Part shown: positions 9,501 to 17,146 of the stretch, one piece after another | How the letters are laid out: every line of letters starts with the position of its first letter | Numbering within the stretch: the stretch's first letter is position 1 | Origin: Elusimicrobia bacterium GWA2_51_34 | GTDB lineage: Bacteria; Elusimicrobiota; Elusimicrobia; Elusimicrobiales; UBA9959 | Length of the DNA stretch: 64,000 bases | Direction: 5' to 3' | Assembly: GCA_001799565.1 (NCBI GenBank) | Contig: MGTS01000042.1 | Coordinates: 1,016-65,015, forward strand | The notes under the pieces: model-generated | The model's database searches: none | Told to the model about the DNA's origin: nothing | The model's input: the letters and a program-made list of their open reading frames with translations, nothing else | Translations under genes and position numbers: made by a program

Positions 9501-10148
9501 GCTTACGATATAGGCTACGGCGGCCTTGACCACGTGCTGGCGAGCGGCCGCAAGGTGCGCGCCATGGTACTGGACACCGAAGTATATTCAAACACCGGCG
9601 GACAAATGTCCAAATCCACCCCGCTTGGCGCGGTGGCGCTGTTTGCCGCCGGAGGCAAGCCGCTGCCGAAAAAAGACCTTGGCATGATCTCCATGACCTA
9701 CGGCAACATCTACGTGGCCCAGATAGCCATGGGCGCGAACTACCTGCAGGCCGTTAAGGCCATGGCGGAAGCCGAAGCCTACGACGGACCTTCCATAATA
9801 ATAGCCTACAGCCACTGTATCGCCCACGGCATAGACATGCGCTCCGGCATGAACGAGCAGAAGAAGGCCGTGGCATCGGGCCGCTGGCCTCTCTACAGGT
9901 TCAACCCGGCGCTTAAAGCCCAGGGAAAGAACCCGCTTACCATAGACAGCGCCGCCCCCAGTATCTCAGTGGCGGACTTCATGATGGGGGAAAACCGCTT
10001 CCGCACGCTGCATAAGTCCAACCCGGAAACGGCCAAGCGCCTGCTTAAACTGGCGGAAGAGGAATATAAGTGGCGCCTGAGCGTTTACAAGCAGATAGCC
10101 GCCATGAGCTGCGAGACGCAGAAAGTGGAAGAAAAAGTGGCGGTCTAA
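6555..10148 (+). CDS. nifJ: Pyruvate:ferredoxin (flavodoxin) oxidoreductase, single-chain
   Basis: 1197 aa, with RBS aaggagaa upstream. It has two 4Fe-4S ferredoxin motifs (CIQCGICSLVCP, CTGCGACVYNCP) and the TPP motif GGDGWAYDIGYGGLDH. Confidence 0.95.
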   Translation: MPKTITAMDGNTAAGYVAHATNEVIAIYPITPSSVMGELADIKSAKGDKNIWGTVPLVIEMQSEGGASGAVHGALTAGALTTTFTASQGLLLMIPNMYKIAGELTSTVFHVSARALASHALSIFGDHSDVMACRQTGWALLASANPQEAMDFALISQAASLKSRVPFLHFFDGFRTSHELNMVEPLSFDAMRAMLSEKLIAEHKARGLNPEHPVLRGTAQNPDVFFQAREACNKYYQAVPAVVKETMDQFAKLTGRKYGLFDYVGAPDAEKLVIVMASGADTVEETVNYLNANSKEKTGVLKVRLYRPYSETDFIKALPKTVKSIAVLDRTKEPGSIGEPMYQDVVTACANAFKAGALKQLPLIVGGRYGLGSKEFTPAMAKAVIENLSAKKPVNGFTVGIKDDVTNLSLPYDENWAIESADIFRALFFGLGSDGTVGANKNTIKIISEETGQYAQGYFVYDSKKAGSMTVSHVRFGKNYIRAPYLVYKARFIGCHQFSFLEKYEMLDKAENGAIFLINSPFKASEVWDHLPVEVQENIIKKNLKVYVINASEIANETGMGARINVIMQTAFFGISGVLPKKEAVDAIKKSIKKTYASKGDEVVNKNFAAVDRTLAAIEEVKHSGKATSKIKRTCAVENFPAFVRNTLCEMMAFKGDGLPVSAMPVDGTFPTATSQYEKRNIALESPVWDENLCIQCGICSLVCPHAAIRIKAYDGAGLAKAPKSFKSAEGKGALKGLKFTAQVAVEDCTGCGACVYNCPAKEKAEGKETGRKAINLQPQFPLREPERENLKFFMSLKDTGSAKVNRYSVQGSQLVRPLFEFSGACAGCGETPYVKLMTQLFGDHLTVANATGCSSIYGGNLPSTPYCTREDGCGPAWSNSLFEDNAEFGLGMRLAYDKLSEEAGEMLNLLKAGPLKAQAALADEILNSKQDDWAAIEQQRGRVADLKKALSSAGGEQAARMLTLADYLIKKSVWILGGDGWAYDIGYGGLDHVLASGRKVRAMVLDTEVYSNTGGQMSKSTPLGAVALFAAGGKPLPKKDLGMISMTYGNIYVAQIAMGANYLQAVKAMAEAEAYDGPSIIIAYSHCIAHGIDMRSGMNEQKKAVASGRWPLYRFNPALKAQGKNPLTIDSAAPSISVADFMMGENRFRTLHKSNPETAKRLLKLAEEEYKWRLSVYKQIAAMSCETQKVEEKVAV

Positions 10149-10161
10149 GTATATATCACGC

Positions 10162-10202
10162 AAAAAAAGAGGCGTCCGCCTAAGGCGGACGCCTCTTTTT
10201 TG
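10162..10202. terminator. Bidirectional rho-independent terminator
   Basis: aaaaaaagaggcgtccgcc-taa-ggcggacgcctctttttt: a 13-bp GC-rich stem flanked by an A-run and a T-run, between PFOR (+) and the J-protein (-). Confidence 0.85.
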
Positions 10203-10262
10203 CTGCTTCATTACCGGCCTGCCAAGCCGCCCGATAAGCGCCGCTTGGCATATCCCCGGTTA

Positions 10263-11288
10263 TTATTCCAATTTTTTTAATTTTTTAAACAGGTCTTCCT
10301 GCTCGCGGCTAAGGCGGTCCGGTATATCTATTTCAATAACCGCGTACAAATCGCCGCGCGCGCCGTCTTTTTTGGGCAGGCCGCGGCCGGAAATCCTCAT
10401 ACTGCGGCCGGTGTGGGAATTGGGGGGGAGTTTTATTTTTAAGGGACCGTCAATCGCGGGAACGGAGATTTCCGCGCCCAAAGCCGCGTCCCATGGGGTA
10501 ACCGTCACTTTTACTTCAAGGTCATCGCCTTTTATTGAAAAACGCGCGTCGGCGGCTATTTTAATATTAAGGTAGAGGTCGCCCGTTCTCCCCTGGGCGC
10601 AGGCGCCCTGGCCTTTAAGTCTAAGCTTCGCTCCCGCGCGCAGCCCTCTGGGAATGTTCACGCACACATGTTTTGTTCCAGGCTTTCTGCCGACGCGGTA
10701 GGAGAAGCTCAGGTCTTTGCGGCCGCCGCTTATTAAATCTTCAAGGGAAAGTTCAAGTCCGGCTTCAAGGTCAAGCCTTGAGCGGGTCTGCGCGGGATAG
10801 CCGGATTCGTCATCTTCTCCGTTAAAACAGTGGGCGCCTCCGGCGGAAAAACCGTCATCGTTTCCAAAACCTCCACGCGCGGCCCCGCCGAAACCCTCAA
10901 CACCGCCAAAAACAGACTTAAAAAAATCGCTGAAGCCCTCAAATTGTGAAAAATCCTGCCCTCCCTGGCCCTGACTGTAATGGAAACCGCCGCGGCGCGG
11001 GTGCTCCCCGCCGTAAGCGGAAAATCCGTCTCCTGACGAGGGGGTAAAATTCTGTCCCTCGCGGTAATCCGCTCCCAACTGATCGTAAAGCTTTCTTTTT
11101 TGCGTGTTAGAAAGAACTTCGTTGGCCTCGTTTATTTCCTTGAATTTGGCCTCGGATATCTTATTTCCGGAGTTGCGGTCGGGGTGATGTTTGAGGGCCA
11201 GTTTGCGATAAGCCGACTTTATTTCGGCCTCAGAGGCGCTTTTAGATACGCCAAGAACGGAATAGTAGTCTATATATTTGGGTGGCAT
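10263..11288 (-). CDS. cbpA: J-domain co-chaperone, CbpA-like (no zinc-finger domain)
   Basis: N-terminal DYYSVLGVSKSASEAEIKSAYRKLALKHHPDRN (HPD motif), a G/F-rich linker and a DnaJ C-terminal substrate-binding domain. No CxxCxGxG repeats. Confidence 0.75.
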   Translation of the reverse strand: MPPKYIDYYSVLGVSKSASEAEIKSAYRKLALKHHPDRNSGNKISEAKFKEINEANEVLSNTQKRKLYDQLGADYREGQNFTPSSGDGFSAYGGEHPRRGGFHYSQGQGGQDFSQFEGFSDFFKSVFGGVEGFGGAARGGFGNDDGFSAGGAHCFNGEDDESGYPAQTRSRLDLEAGLELSLEDLISGGRKDLSFSYRVGRKPGTKHVCVNIPRGLRAGAKLRLKGQGACAQGRTGDLYLNIKIAADARFSIKGDDLEVKVTVTPWDAALGAEISVPAIDGPLKIKLPPNSHTGRSMRISGRGLPKKDGARGDLYAVIEIDIPDRLSREQEDLFKKLKKLE

Positions 11289-11367
11289 AGTCAGAAGAAA
11301 GAAGCCAGAATTCAGAAGTCAGTAGTCAGAATTTCCACCTCTGACTACTGTCTCCTGAGTAGTTGCC

Positions 11368-11679
11368 CTATTTCAGAAAAAAGAGGAAAACAACCAGGAA
11401 ACCGCCGAAAGCCAGCATTATCCAGCGCTCAATTATGTATTCGTGCGTCAAAGGCATAAAATATTCAAGCGTCCAGGCGGCGGCCACGGCAAGCGCGACC
11501 GCTATCCAGAAAACGAACAAATACTTCCTCATGGAAGGCTCGGTTGCGGACTGTCCGTCCAAGGCAGGAGGCACAGGCTCCGGCATGCCCGCTGCAGGCG
11601 GCTGCGCCGGAGCGCTTCCGCCTGAGGCGGATGGGACGATGTTTTGCTGAAGTTGAGGCGCTTTGTGTTTTTTACTCAT
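11368..11679 (-). CDS. Small hypothetical membrane protein (Pro/Ala-rich N-terminus, two predicted TM helices)
   Basis: ORF track 11368-11730. The ATG at 11679 (MSKKHK) avoids overlap with the upstream PAS gene, which stops at 11681. Hydrophobic stretches are YLFVFWIAVALAVAAAW and IMLAFGGFLVVFLFF. Confidence 0.5.
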   Translation of the reverse strand: MSKKHKAPQLQQNIVPSASGGSAPAQPPAAGMPEPVPPALDGQSATEPSMRKYLFVFWIAVALAVAAAWTLEYFMPLTHEYIIERWIMLAFGGFLVVFLFFLK

Positions 11680-11680
11680 A

Positions 11681-12055
11681 CTATTTTTTGGCCCCCACAA
11701 AAGAGATATCCTGGAAAATAACTGTAACACCCATTTCCTTACCGTCGGCGCCGCGCACGTGCATGGTGCTGTAGCCGATTATAAGGGGGGTGCTGGCGTG
11801 CATGATGGATATTTCCGCGCGGCGCACGGTTTTCCCGCTTTCAATGGTTTCACAAATAACATCTTTCAGCGCCGGGAAATTTTCAAAAGCTACGTCGTAT
11901 TTTTTGTCCAGGCAGGCGGGAACATCTTCAATGTGAAGTATGCGCCCGGCGGTGGGGTTTACATAAACCACTTTGCCGGCCATATCCACGCTTATAAGGC
12001 CGCCGGTAAGGTTATCCAGTATGCACTGATAGTATTGCTGAATATTTTTAACCAT
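11681..12055 (-). CDS. Stand-alone PAS domain protein
   Basis: 124 aa. ILDNLTGGLISVDMAGKVVYVNPTAGRIL fits a PAS fold N-terminal segment. Confidence 0.65.
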   Translation of the reverse strand: MVKNIQQYYQCILDNLTGGLISVDMAGKVVYVNPTAGRILHIEDVPACLDKKYDVAFENFPALKDVICETIESGKTVRRAEISIMHASTPLIIGYSTMHVRGADGKEMGVTVIFQDISFVGAKK

Positions 12056-12239
12056 AAGGATATTTTACAAAAAAAGCCGCGCGCTCCAGTTAAATATAAT
12101 ACAAATGTACCCCATTGGTGCGGGGAGATCTCCACTGCGGATAAAATGATAAAATACGACACACAGGCAGATACTGGCGGGCGGCTTCCCGCCGGATTTG
12201 TTTTTATAAAATTAAACGCACAAGCAGGTTTTTAAACCC

Positions 12240-13721
12240 ATGCGCCGGATAAAACTAATAGACCTTATTTTTAAACTGACCGTTATATTCTTTCTGAGCG
12301 AACTTTTTACGATGTTTGTTTTTTCCACCTGGCTGAATATCGTACCCGGTCCGAAACAGTACATTCTTGATGCCGTGACGATGTTATTGTTAAGCACTCC
12401 TTTCATCTACATACTCATCATCCGGAGGGAACGTGAAATAAACAAACTGGACGAGTTAGACCGCCAGCTCCAATATATCATCAACAAGGTGATGGATGTT
12501 TCCCTTCAGCATACTTCCCAGGAGGAACTTTTTAACAGGATACTTACGGTCGTAATAAAAACCTCTTTTATGCCGCTGGAACCCCATGCCGCGCTTTTCC
12601 TTCTTGAAAACAACCGGCTGGTAATGAAAGCGCAGATCGGGTTAACTGACGGGCACAAAGCGCTTTGCGCCGAAATCCCCCTGGGCAAATGTCTCTGCGG
12701 CCTGACCGCGCAGAATGGACGCACGGTCTTTGAGGCGGCAGTCGGTAGTTTGCATGAAATAAAGTCAGCGGGGATGCCGCCACACGGCCATTATTGCGTG
12801 CCTATAAAGTCGGGGGCGGCCGTACTGGGCGTTCTTACTCTTTATGTCAGGGAAAAATCCGAATACAACGAGTTTGAAGCCAGCTATCTTGAAACGGTCT
12901 GCTCAATACTGGCTAAGATAGTGGAATTCAAAAAACTGGAGCAGAACGCCCGACAACTGCAGAAAATGGAGTCGCTGGGGAGGTTCGCAAGCGCCATCGC
13001 GCACGACTTCAATAATATTCTGGCGGGAATTAAAGGTTTCAACGCTCTGGCGATAGAAGACGCGCCGGCGGATGCCCGGTTGAAGGGACATCTGGCGCTT
13101 ATAGAAAGCGGCGTCAACAAAGGGACGGAACTCACAACCCAGCTTCTGACTTTTAGCCGGAAACAACCGCAGGGAATGTCGGAACTTGACCTGGGCGGAA
13201 CAATCTCCTCCATGCAAAAAATACTGGAGATAATGATGCAAAAGAAAGTGAAGATCCGCGTTGAAATTGACAAGGACCTTTTCAAAATAACAGGAAATAA
13301 GAGCCAGATAGAACAGCTGATAATGAATCTCGCGGTAAACGCCAGAGATGCCATGCCGGACGGAGGCGAATTCCGCATTACGGCGGCCAATATCACCAAT
13401 TCAGCCGATACTAAGAGCTGTCTCAAAGTCCTGAGACATTGCAGTAAAGCCGTGCGGCTTACGTTCGAAGACACCGGGCCCGGCCTTAGCAAAGAGGTAT
13501 TGAATAATAATTTTGAGCCTTTTTTCACCACCAAACCGGAAGGTAAAGGGACCGGGCTTGGCCTTTCCACGGTGTACACAATTGCCACCGCGCATAACGG
13601 CTGCATAGACATTCTCAATGAGCCGGGTAAAGGCGCGTGCTTTCAGATCTGCATACCGGTTTCCGAATGCAAACCGGCCGTTCAGTCAGTGGAACCTCCG
13701 TCACTAACCCTTAAACCCTGA
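12240..13721 (+). CDS. Sensor histidine kinase with N-terminal TM segments and a GAF-like domain
   Basis: H-box FASAIAHDFNNIL, N-box LIMNLAVNARDAM and G-boxes FEDTGPGL / GKGTGLGLS, preceded by a ~150-aa GAF-like region. No adjacent response regulator. Confidence 0.85.
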   Translation: MRRIKLIDLIFKLTVIFFLSELFTMFVFSTWLNIVPGPKQYILDAVTMLLLSTPFIYILIIRREREINKLDELDRQLQYIINKVMDVSLQHTSQEELFNRILTVVIKTSFMPLEPHAALFLLENNRLVMKAQIGLTDGHKALCAEIPLGKCLCGLTAQNGRTVFEAAVGSLHEIKSAGMPPHGHYCVPIKSGAAVLGVLTLYVREKSEYNEFEASYLETVCSILAKIVEFKKLEQNARQLQKMESLGRFASAIAHDFNNILAGIKGFNALAIEDAPADARLKGHLALIESGVNKGTELTTQLLTFSRKQPQGMSELDLGGTISSMQKILEIMMQKKVKIRVEIDKDLFKITGNKSQIEQLIMNLAVNARDAMPDGGEFRITAANITNSADTKSCLKVLRHCSKAVRLTFEDTGPGLSKEVLNNNFEPFFTTKPEGKGTGLGLSTVYTIATAHNGCIDILNEPGKGACFQICIPVSECKPAVQSVEPPSLTLKP

Positions 13722-13860
13722 AACTGTTTTTATTTTTGCAGCGAACTACTCCACCGGAAAATAAGGAGTAGTCTTATGGGTAGAACGGCGCTCCGCGCGA
13801 CTCCATGATAAACGCGGGATGCCTGGTCGGTCCCGAACCTGGGAAGAGGTCCGAATCAGC

Positions 13861-13922
13861 CCCGGGGAGTAAAAATTTAGGCCGCCTTGAACTACAGGCG
13901 GCCTAAATTTTTACTCCCCGGG
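13861..13922. terminator. Perfect 26-bp inverted repeat / bidirectional terminator overlapping the tRNA 3' end
   Basis: The arms 13861-13886 (cccggggagtaaaaatttaggccgcc) and 13897-13922 are exact reverse complements. The GC core aggccgcc/ggcggcct is flanked by A/T runs on both strands. Confidence 0.7.
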
Positions 13923-13951
13923 TAGGACTCGAACCTACAACCTATCGGTTA

Positions 13952-14570
13952 CAAGTGCCTCTGAATTACTCCAGAGCTTGGACTATATCATATCCGTAGA
14001 ACACTTGGCCGTCTGACGGCCATAGGCCTTGATACGGCACTGGCATAGCCTTGTTCTTTACGGACTCAGGCGCTTCCCATCCGTCGTGCCTTAGGCAGAC
14101 GTCCGACTCAGTTGGACGCTTTAGGCGGACAGTACTCCCTTGCGGGATAGTCTCTGCACCTTCCGCGAAATCGTTCGCGGCTTGGCTCAGGATTGCCCTT
14201 ATTGTTTAAGGGGTTCCCTGAGTTCACCTGATTTTTCAACTACGGTTTCCCGTAGAAGCTGCTTTCCGGCGTGAACCTCTCTGTGACAATTGGCACACAA
14301 CATTGCACATTTATCCAATTCCCTCTTAACCCTTTTCCAGCCTCTGGTATATCCCTTGTGTGATATCCCAAAGTCTTTAACGGAAGAGTCAAGATGATGG
14401 AATTCAAGCGCTTCGCTGCACTTATTATAACCGCATAACCGGCATTTGCCGCCCTTATAATCCACTGCCATTTCACGGATTTTCTTTCTCCGCTTCCTGA
14501 CTGCTTCTATAAGATACTCTCTGCGGTCACTATATCGCCGCTTGTCCCGCATCGGTCCCCGCTTTTGTCT
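13952..14570 (-). mobile_element. Group I intron (IC3-like core) with an embedded homing-endonuclease ORF
   Basis: The 5' exon ends in U and the intron ends in G (...GGCACTTG|TAA). The minus strand contains CTGAGCCAAGCC...GGAAGGTGCAGAGACTA, closely matching the core remembered from the Azoarcus tRNA-Ile intron (GAGCCAAGC...GAAGGUGUAGAGACUA). There is a P2-like CTACGG-GAAA-CCGTAG tetraloop hairpin, and P4/P5 can form as CTCAGG..CCCTT-AAACAAT-AAGGG..CCTGAG. Confidence 0.8.
14199..14552 (-). CDS. HNH homing endonuclease (intron-encoded)
   Basis: 117 aa with CRLCGYNKC...EFHHLD...CANCHREVH (HNH with two CxxC pairs). It starts 18 nt into the intron, and its 3' end overlaps the proposed P2-P5 region. 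Confidence 0.85.
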   Translation of the reverse strand: MRDKRRYSDRREYLIEAVRKRRKKIREMAVDYKGGKCRLCGYNKCSEALEFHHLDSSVKDFGISHKGYTRGWKRVKRELDKCAMLCANCHREVHAGKQLLRETVVEKSGELREPLKQ

Positions 14571-14734
14571 ACAGCCGATCGCTCCACCATTGAGCTACCG
14601 GGGAATATCTATCGAACCTTGTAAAGTATATCAAAATAAACCCCCTGTTTTAAAATAAGAGCGAATTTTTTATAGCCTTTGGCGCCTCGCTTTTGGTATA
14701 GTTTCACTATTCTAAGATCAGGGAGCCCAAACCC

Positions 14735-16060
14735 ATGAAAAAACTTTTTATTTCAGCCGCTTTTGCCTTTGCGCTTGCAGGAACCACCGCCTACGCGGCC
14801 CAGCCCGCCGGGGAAAAGGCGCTCAATATTTCTTTTGAGCAGTTGCTGAACCAGCTTAAAAACAGCGCGTTAAACAACATCGGCCAGCCGAAGCCGGCCT
14901 CTGAAATAGTAGGCCTGCAAGATCTGAAAAATGACGACAGGTTCTGGGTGACTGTTTTAGCCGCCGACAAATACGCGCGCACGGCACTTCTTGAATTAGG
15001 CCTGGACATAGCTGAGATCAAGGATAAAACCGTTTCAGGCTTTGTTCATAAACCGGAACTTGCCGCGCTTTCAGAAAAGGGTTATGTGATCCAAAGCAAG
15101 CAAAGCATATACGCCTATGCCAAACAATATCTTAAAGATTTTCCCGACTCCGACAGCGCTTACCACAACTATAAAGAAACGACGGAGCTTCTTCAAAAAC
15201 TGGCCGCCGCCAACAAGAATATCGCTTCACTTTTCTCCATCGGCAAAACCGTGGAGGGGCGCGATATCTGGTGCCTGCGTCTTAACACCTCCGCCAAAGG
15301 CGAAGTTCCAAGCTCAAAGCCCGGCGCTCTTTATATAGGCAACCACCACGCCCGCGAACACCTTTCAAACGAAGTGGCCCTGCTTTACGCCGTTTACCTG
15401 CTTGAGCACAAAAACGACGCCGATATAAAAACCTATCTATCCACGCTGGATATCCACATTATTCCCATGCTCAATCCCGACGGGGTGGAGTATGATATCG
15501 CCGCGGGCAAATACCGCTGGCAGCGCAAAAATATGCGCGTTAACCCGGATAATTCCATAGGCGTGGATTTAAACCGCAATTACGATTCTCTCTGGTGCCA
15601 GAGCGGCGCCTCGCATTACCCGGCTGCTGAAACTTATTGCGGCCCCGCGGCCTTCTCCGAGCCTGAAACTCTGGCCATAAAAAATTTCGTTGAAGCACGC
15701 AGAAACATTAAAACCCTGATGAGCTACCATTCCTATTCAGGCCTTGTGCTTTATCCCTGGGCCGGCAAAGATACCCCTCTGGAAAACGAAAAAGACCGCA
15801 AAGTGTTTGAGATAATGGCCCAAAAAATGGCCGCCTTCACCGGCTACACGCCCGAGCAGTCCAGCGATCTTTATGTGGCCACCGGCGACACCACCGACTG
15901 GGCCTATGTCAACGGCGGTATATTCGCCTTCACCACCGAACTTGAGGGCAATAGCTTTTATCCAGGGCCGGAAGTAATAGACAATGCGGTTTCCAACAAC
16001 ATAAAAGCCGCGCTTTATATGTTAAGCGTAACTGATAATCCATACAAGCTGCTGCAATAG
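14735..16060 (+). CDS. Secreted M14 family zinc carboxypeptidase
   Basis: Signal peptide MKKLFISAAFAFALAGTTAYA. It has the zinc-ligand motif GNHHAREH, plus VDLNRNY and MSYHSYSG, typical of M14. Confidence 0.85.
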   Translation: MKKLFISAAFAFALAGTTAYAAQPAGEKALNISFEQLLNQLKNSALNNIGQPKPASEIVGLQDLKNDDRFWVTVLAADKYARTALLELGLDIAEIKDKTVSGFVHKPELAALSEKGYVIQSKQSIYAYAKQYLKDFPDSDSAYHNYKETTELLQKLAAANKNIASLFSIGKTVEGRDIWCLRLNTSAKGEVPSSKPGALYIGNHHAREHLSNEVALLYAVYLLEHKNDADIKTYLSTLDIHIIPMLNPDGVEYDIAAGKYRWQRKNMRVNPDNSIGVDLNRNYDSLWCQSGASHYPAAETYCGPAAFSEPETLAIKNFVEARRNIKTLMSYHSYSGLVLYPWAGKDTPLENEKDRKVFEIMAQKMAAFTGYTPEQSSDLYVATGDTTDWAYVNGGIFAFTTELEGNSFYPGPEVIDNAVSNNIKAALYMLSVTDNPYKLLQ

Positions 16061-16105
16061 TCCGGAAGGTTAAGGCCGTCATCATCTTTGTAGCACATTA
16101 TCTTT

Positions 16106-16222
16106 ATAGCAACGGAAGGCTATTGAATGCTACGGAAAGCAACTAAAAGTAACAAAACTGTTTTATTCGGCCCTCTTACTTTCTGTGGCATTCAGTTGTT
16201 TTCTTTTGCTTTCCGTTGCTAT
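16106..16222 (-). repeat. Copy B of the ~117-bp palindromic intergenic repeat (reverse orientation relative to C/D)
   Basis: The reverse complement aligns end to end with 26402-26518 at roughly 90% identity by eye. Termini are atagcaacggaa / ttccgttgctat. Confidence 0.85.
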
Positions 16223-16254
16223 TAATTAAGCCTGTCCACCTGAATAATTGCCAT

Positions 16255-16959
16255 ATGCTGAAAAGAAAAATATCACTTGTTCTGGTGTCAGCCGCCTTAC
16301 TGTGCGCCTGCGGCCAGCCCGGAGTCAAAAAGGCGCACTACAAAAAAAGCGACACTGTATATTACCTTGCTCCGGCGCAGCTAGCGCTGGAACAATTCCC
16401 GCCACCCCCGCTGCCCGGTTCCAACGCGGATAAGGCGGATATAGCCGCGATACGCGACTGGCAGCAAAAGCGCACTCAGGCCGAGTGCGTCCGCGCCGGC
16501 GCCGCGCCGGATGCTTATTACAGCGATTTTTTCGGGAGTGTCAGCCCTTTTCCAACCCCGCTTCCCGCCGACGCGGCGGATTTTTTCAACCGGGTCAGAG
16601 CTGATACCGACACCGCTGCGTCGGTTATTAAAAAGCGTTATCAGCGGCCACGCCCTTTCCGGCGCGACGAGGGCCTGACCACCTGCATAGACAAAGCCGG
16701 CGGATATTCATATCCAAGCGGCCACGCCGCAATATCAAGGATGTTCGCTCTTATCCTTTCCAGCCTGCTTCCCGGGCGCAGAGCGCAGTTCCTGGCCCGG
16801 GCGGATGAAGCGGCGCTGGACCGCGTTATCAGCGGGGTTCATCATCCTTCCGACATTGAAGCCGGCAAGCGGCTCTCCGACAGCCTTTACGCGCAACTTA
16901 GCGGCGTTCCATCCTTCCGCCGTGACATAGACGCTCTTCGCCGTTACCTTTCTCATTAA
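16255..16959 (+). CDS. Class A acid phosphatase (PAP2 superfamily), probable lipoprotein
   Basis: ORF track 16216-16959. The ATG at 16255 is preferred because the TTG at 16216 lies inside repeat B. It has the PAP2 tripartite motif KKRYQRPRP / PSGHAA / SGVHHPSD and a signal sequence with LLCAC. Confidence 0.85.
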   Translation: MLKRKISLVLVSAALLCACGQPGVKKAHYKKSDTVYYLAPAQLALEQFPPPPLPGSNADKADIAAIRDWQQKRTQAECVRAGAAPDAYYSDFFGSVSPFPTPLPADAADFFNRVRADTDTAASVIKKRYQRPRPFRRDEGLTTCIDKAGGYSYPSGHAAISRMFALILSSLLPGRRAQFLARADEAALDRVISGVHHPSDIEAGKRLSDSLYAQLSGVPSFRRDIDALRRYLSH

Positions 16960-17146
16960 CCTTAAAAGTTGTATTTAAAGTCATCCGCCTAAGACGGATG
17001 TCCATGGCTATTTTCAGGTCAGGCAACAGGAAACAGGAAAAACGTTGCAGCCTGACATCGGAGAGCCGGGGCATGCGCAAAACAACTGTTCCGGTCTGGA
17101 CTTAGGATTTGGGATTGGGCGGTCCCGGCTTCTAAAAGGATCGGTG

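Larger units (their letters stand above)
13914..14604 (-). tRNA. tRNA-Asn(GUU), interrupted in the anticodon loop by a group I intron
   Basis: Exon 1 is 14604-14571 (TCCCCGGTAGCTCAATGGTGGAGCGATCGGCTGT). Exon 2 is 13951-13914 (TAACCGATAGGTTGTAGGTTCGAGTCCTACCCGGGGAG). Joined, they give a perfect 72-nt cloverleaf with loop CUGUUAA, T-loop TTCGAGT, U1-A72 and G73, as in E. coli tRNA-Asn. Confidence 0.85.

Noticed and set aside
6635-9827. Many 60-190-aa ORFs on both strands inside the PFOR gene.
   Set aside because: They are fully embedded in a 1197-aa gene with unambiguous PFOR motifs. These are GC-driven spurious frames.
11321-11351. 11-bp stem hairpin (cagtagtcaga / tctgactactg) between the small membrane protein and the J-protein gene.
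   Set aside because: There is no U-tract on the transcribed (minus) strand and the genes look co-oriented. This is insufficient to call a terminator or regulator.
12884-13618. 244-aa ORF antisense to the histidine kinase.
   Set aside because: The kinase H, N and G boxes are unambiguous in the sense frame.
16216-16254. Upstream TTG start of the PAP2 ORF, and similarly 27178-27210 for the second helicase.
   Set aside because: The 16216 extension begins inside repeat copy B, and the 27178 one begins 4 nt past copy D. Downstream ATGs give sensible N-termini (a signal peptide, and the helicase N-terminus).
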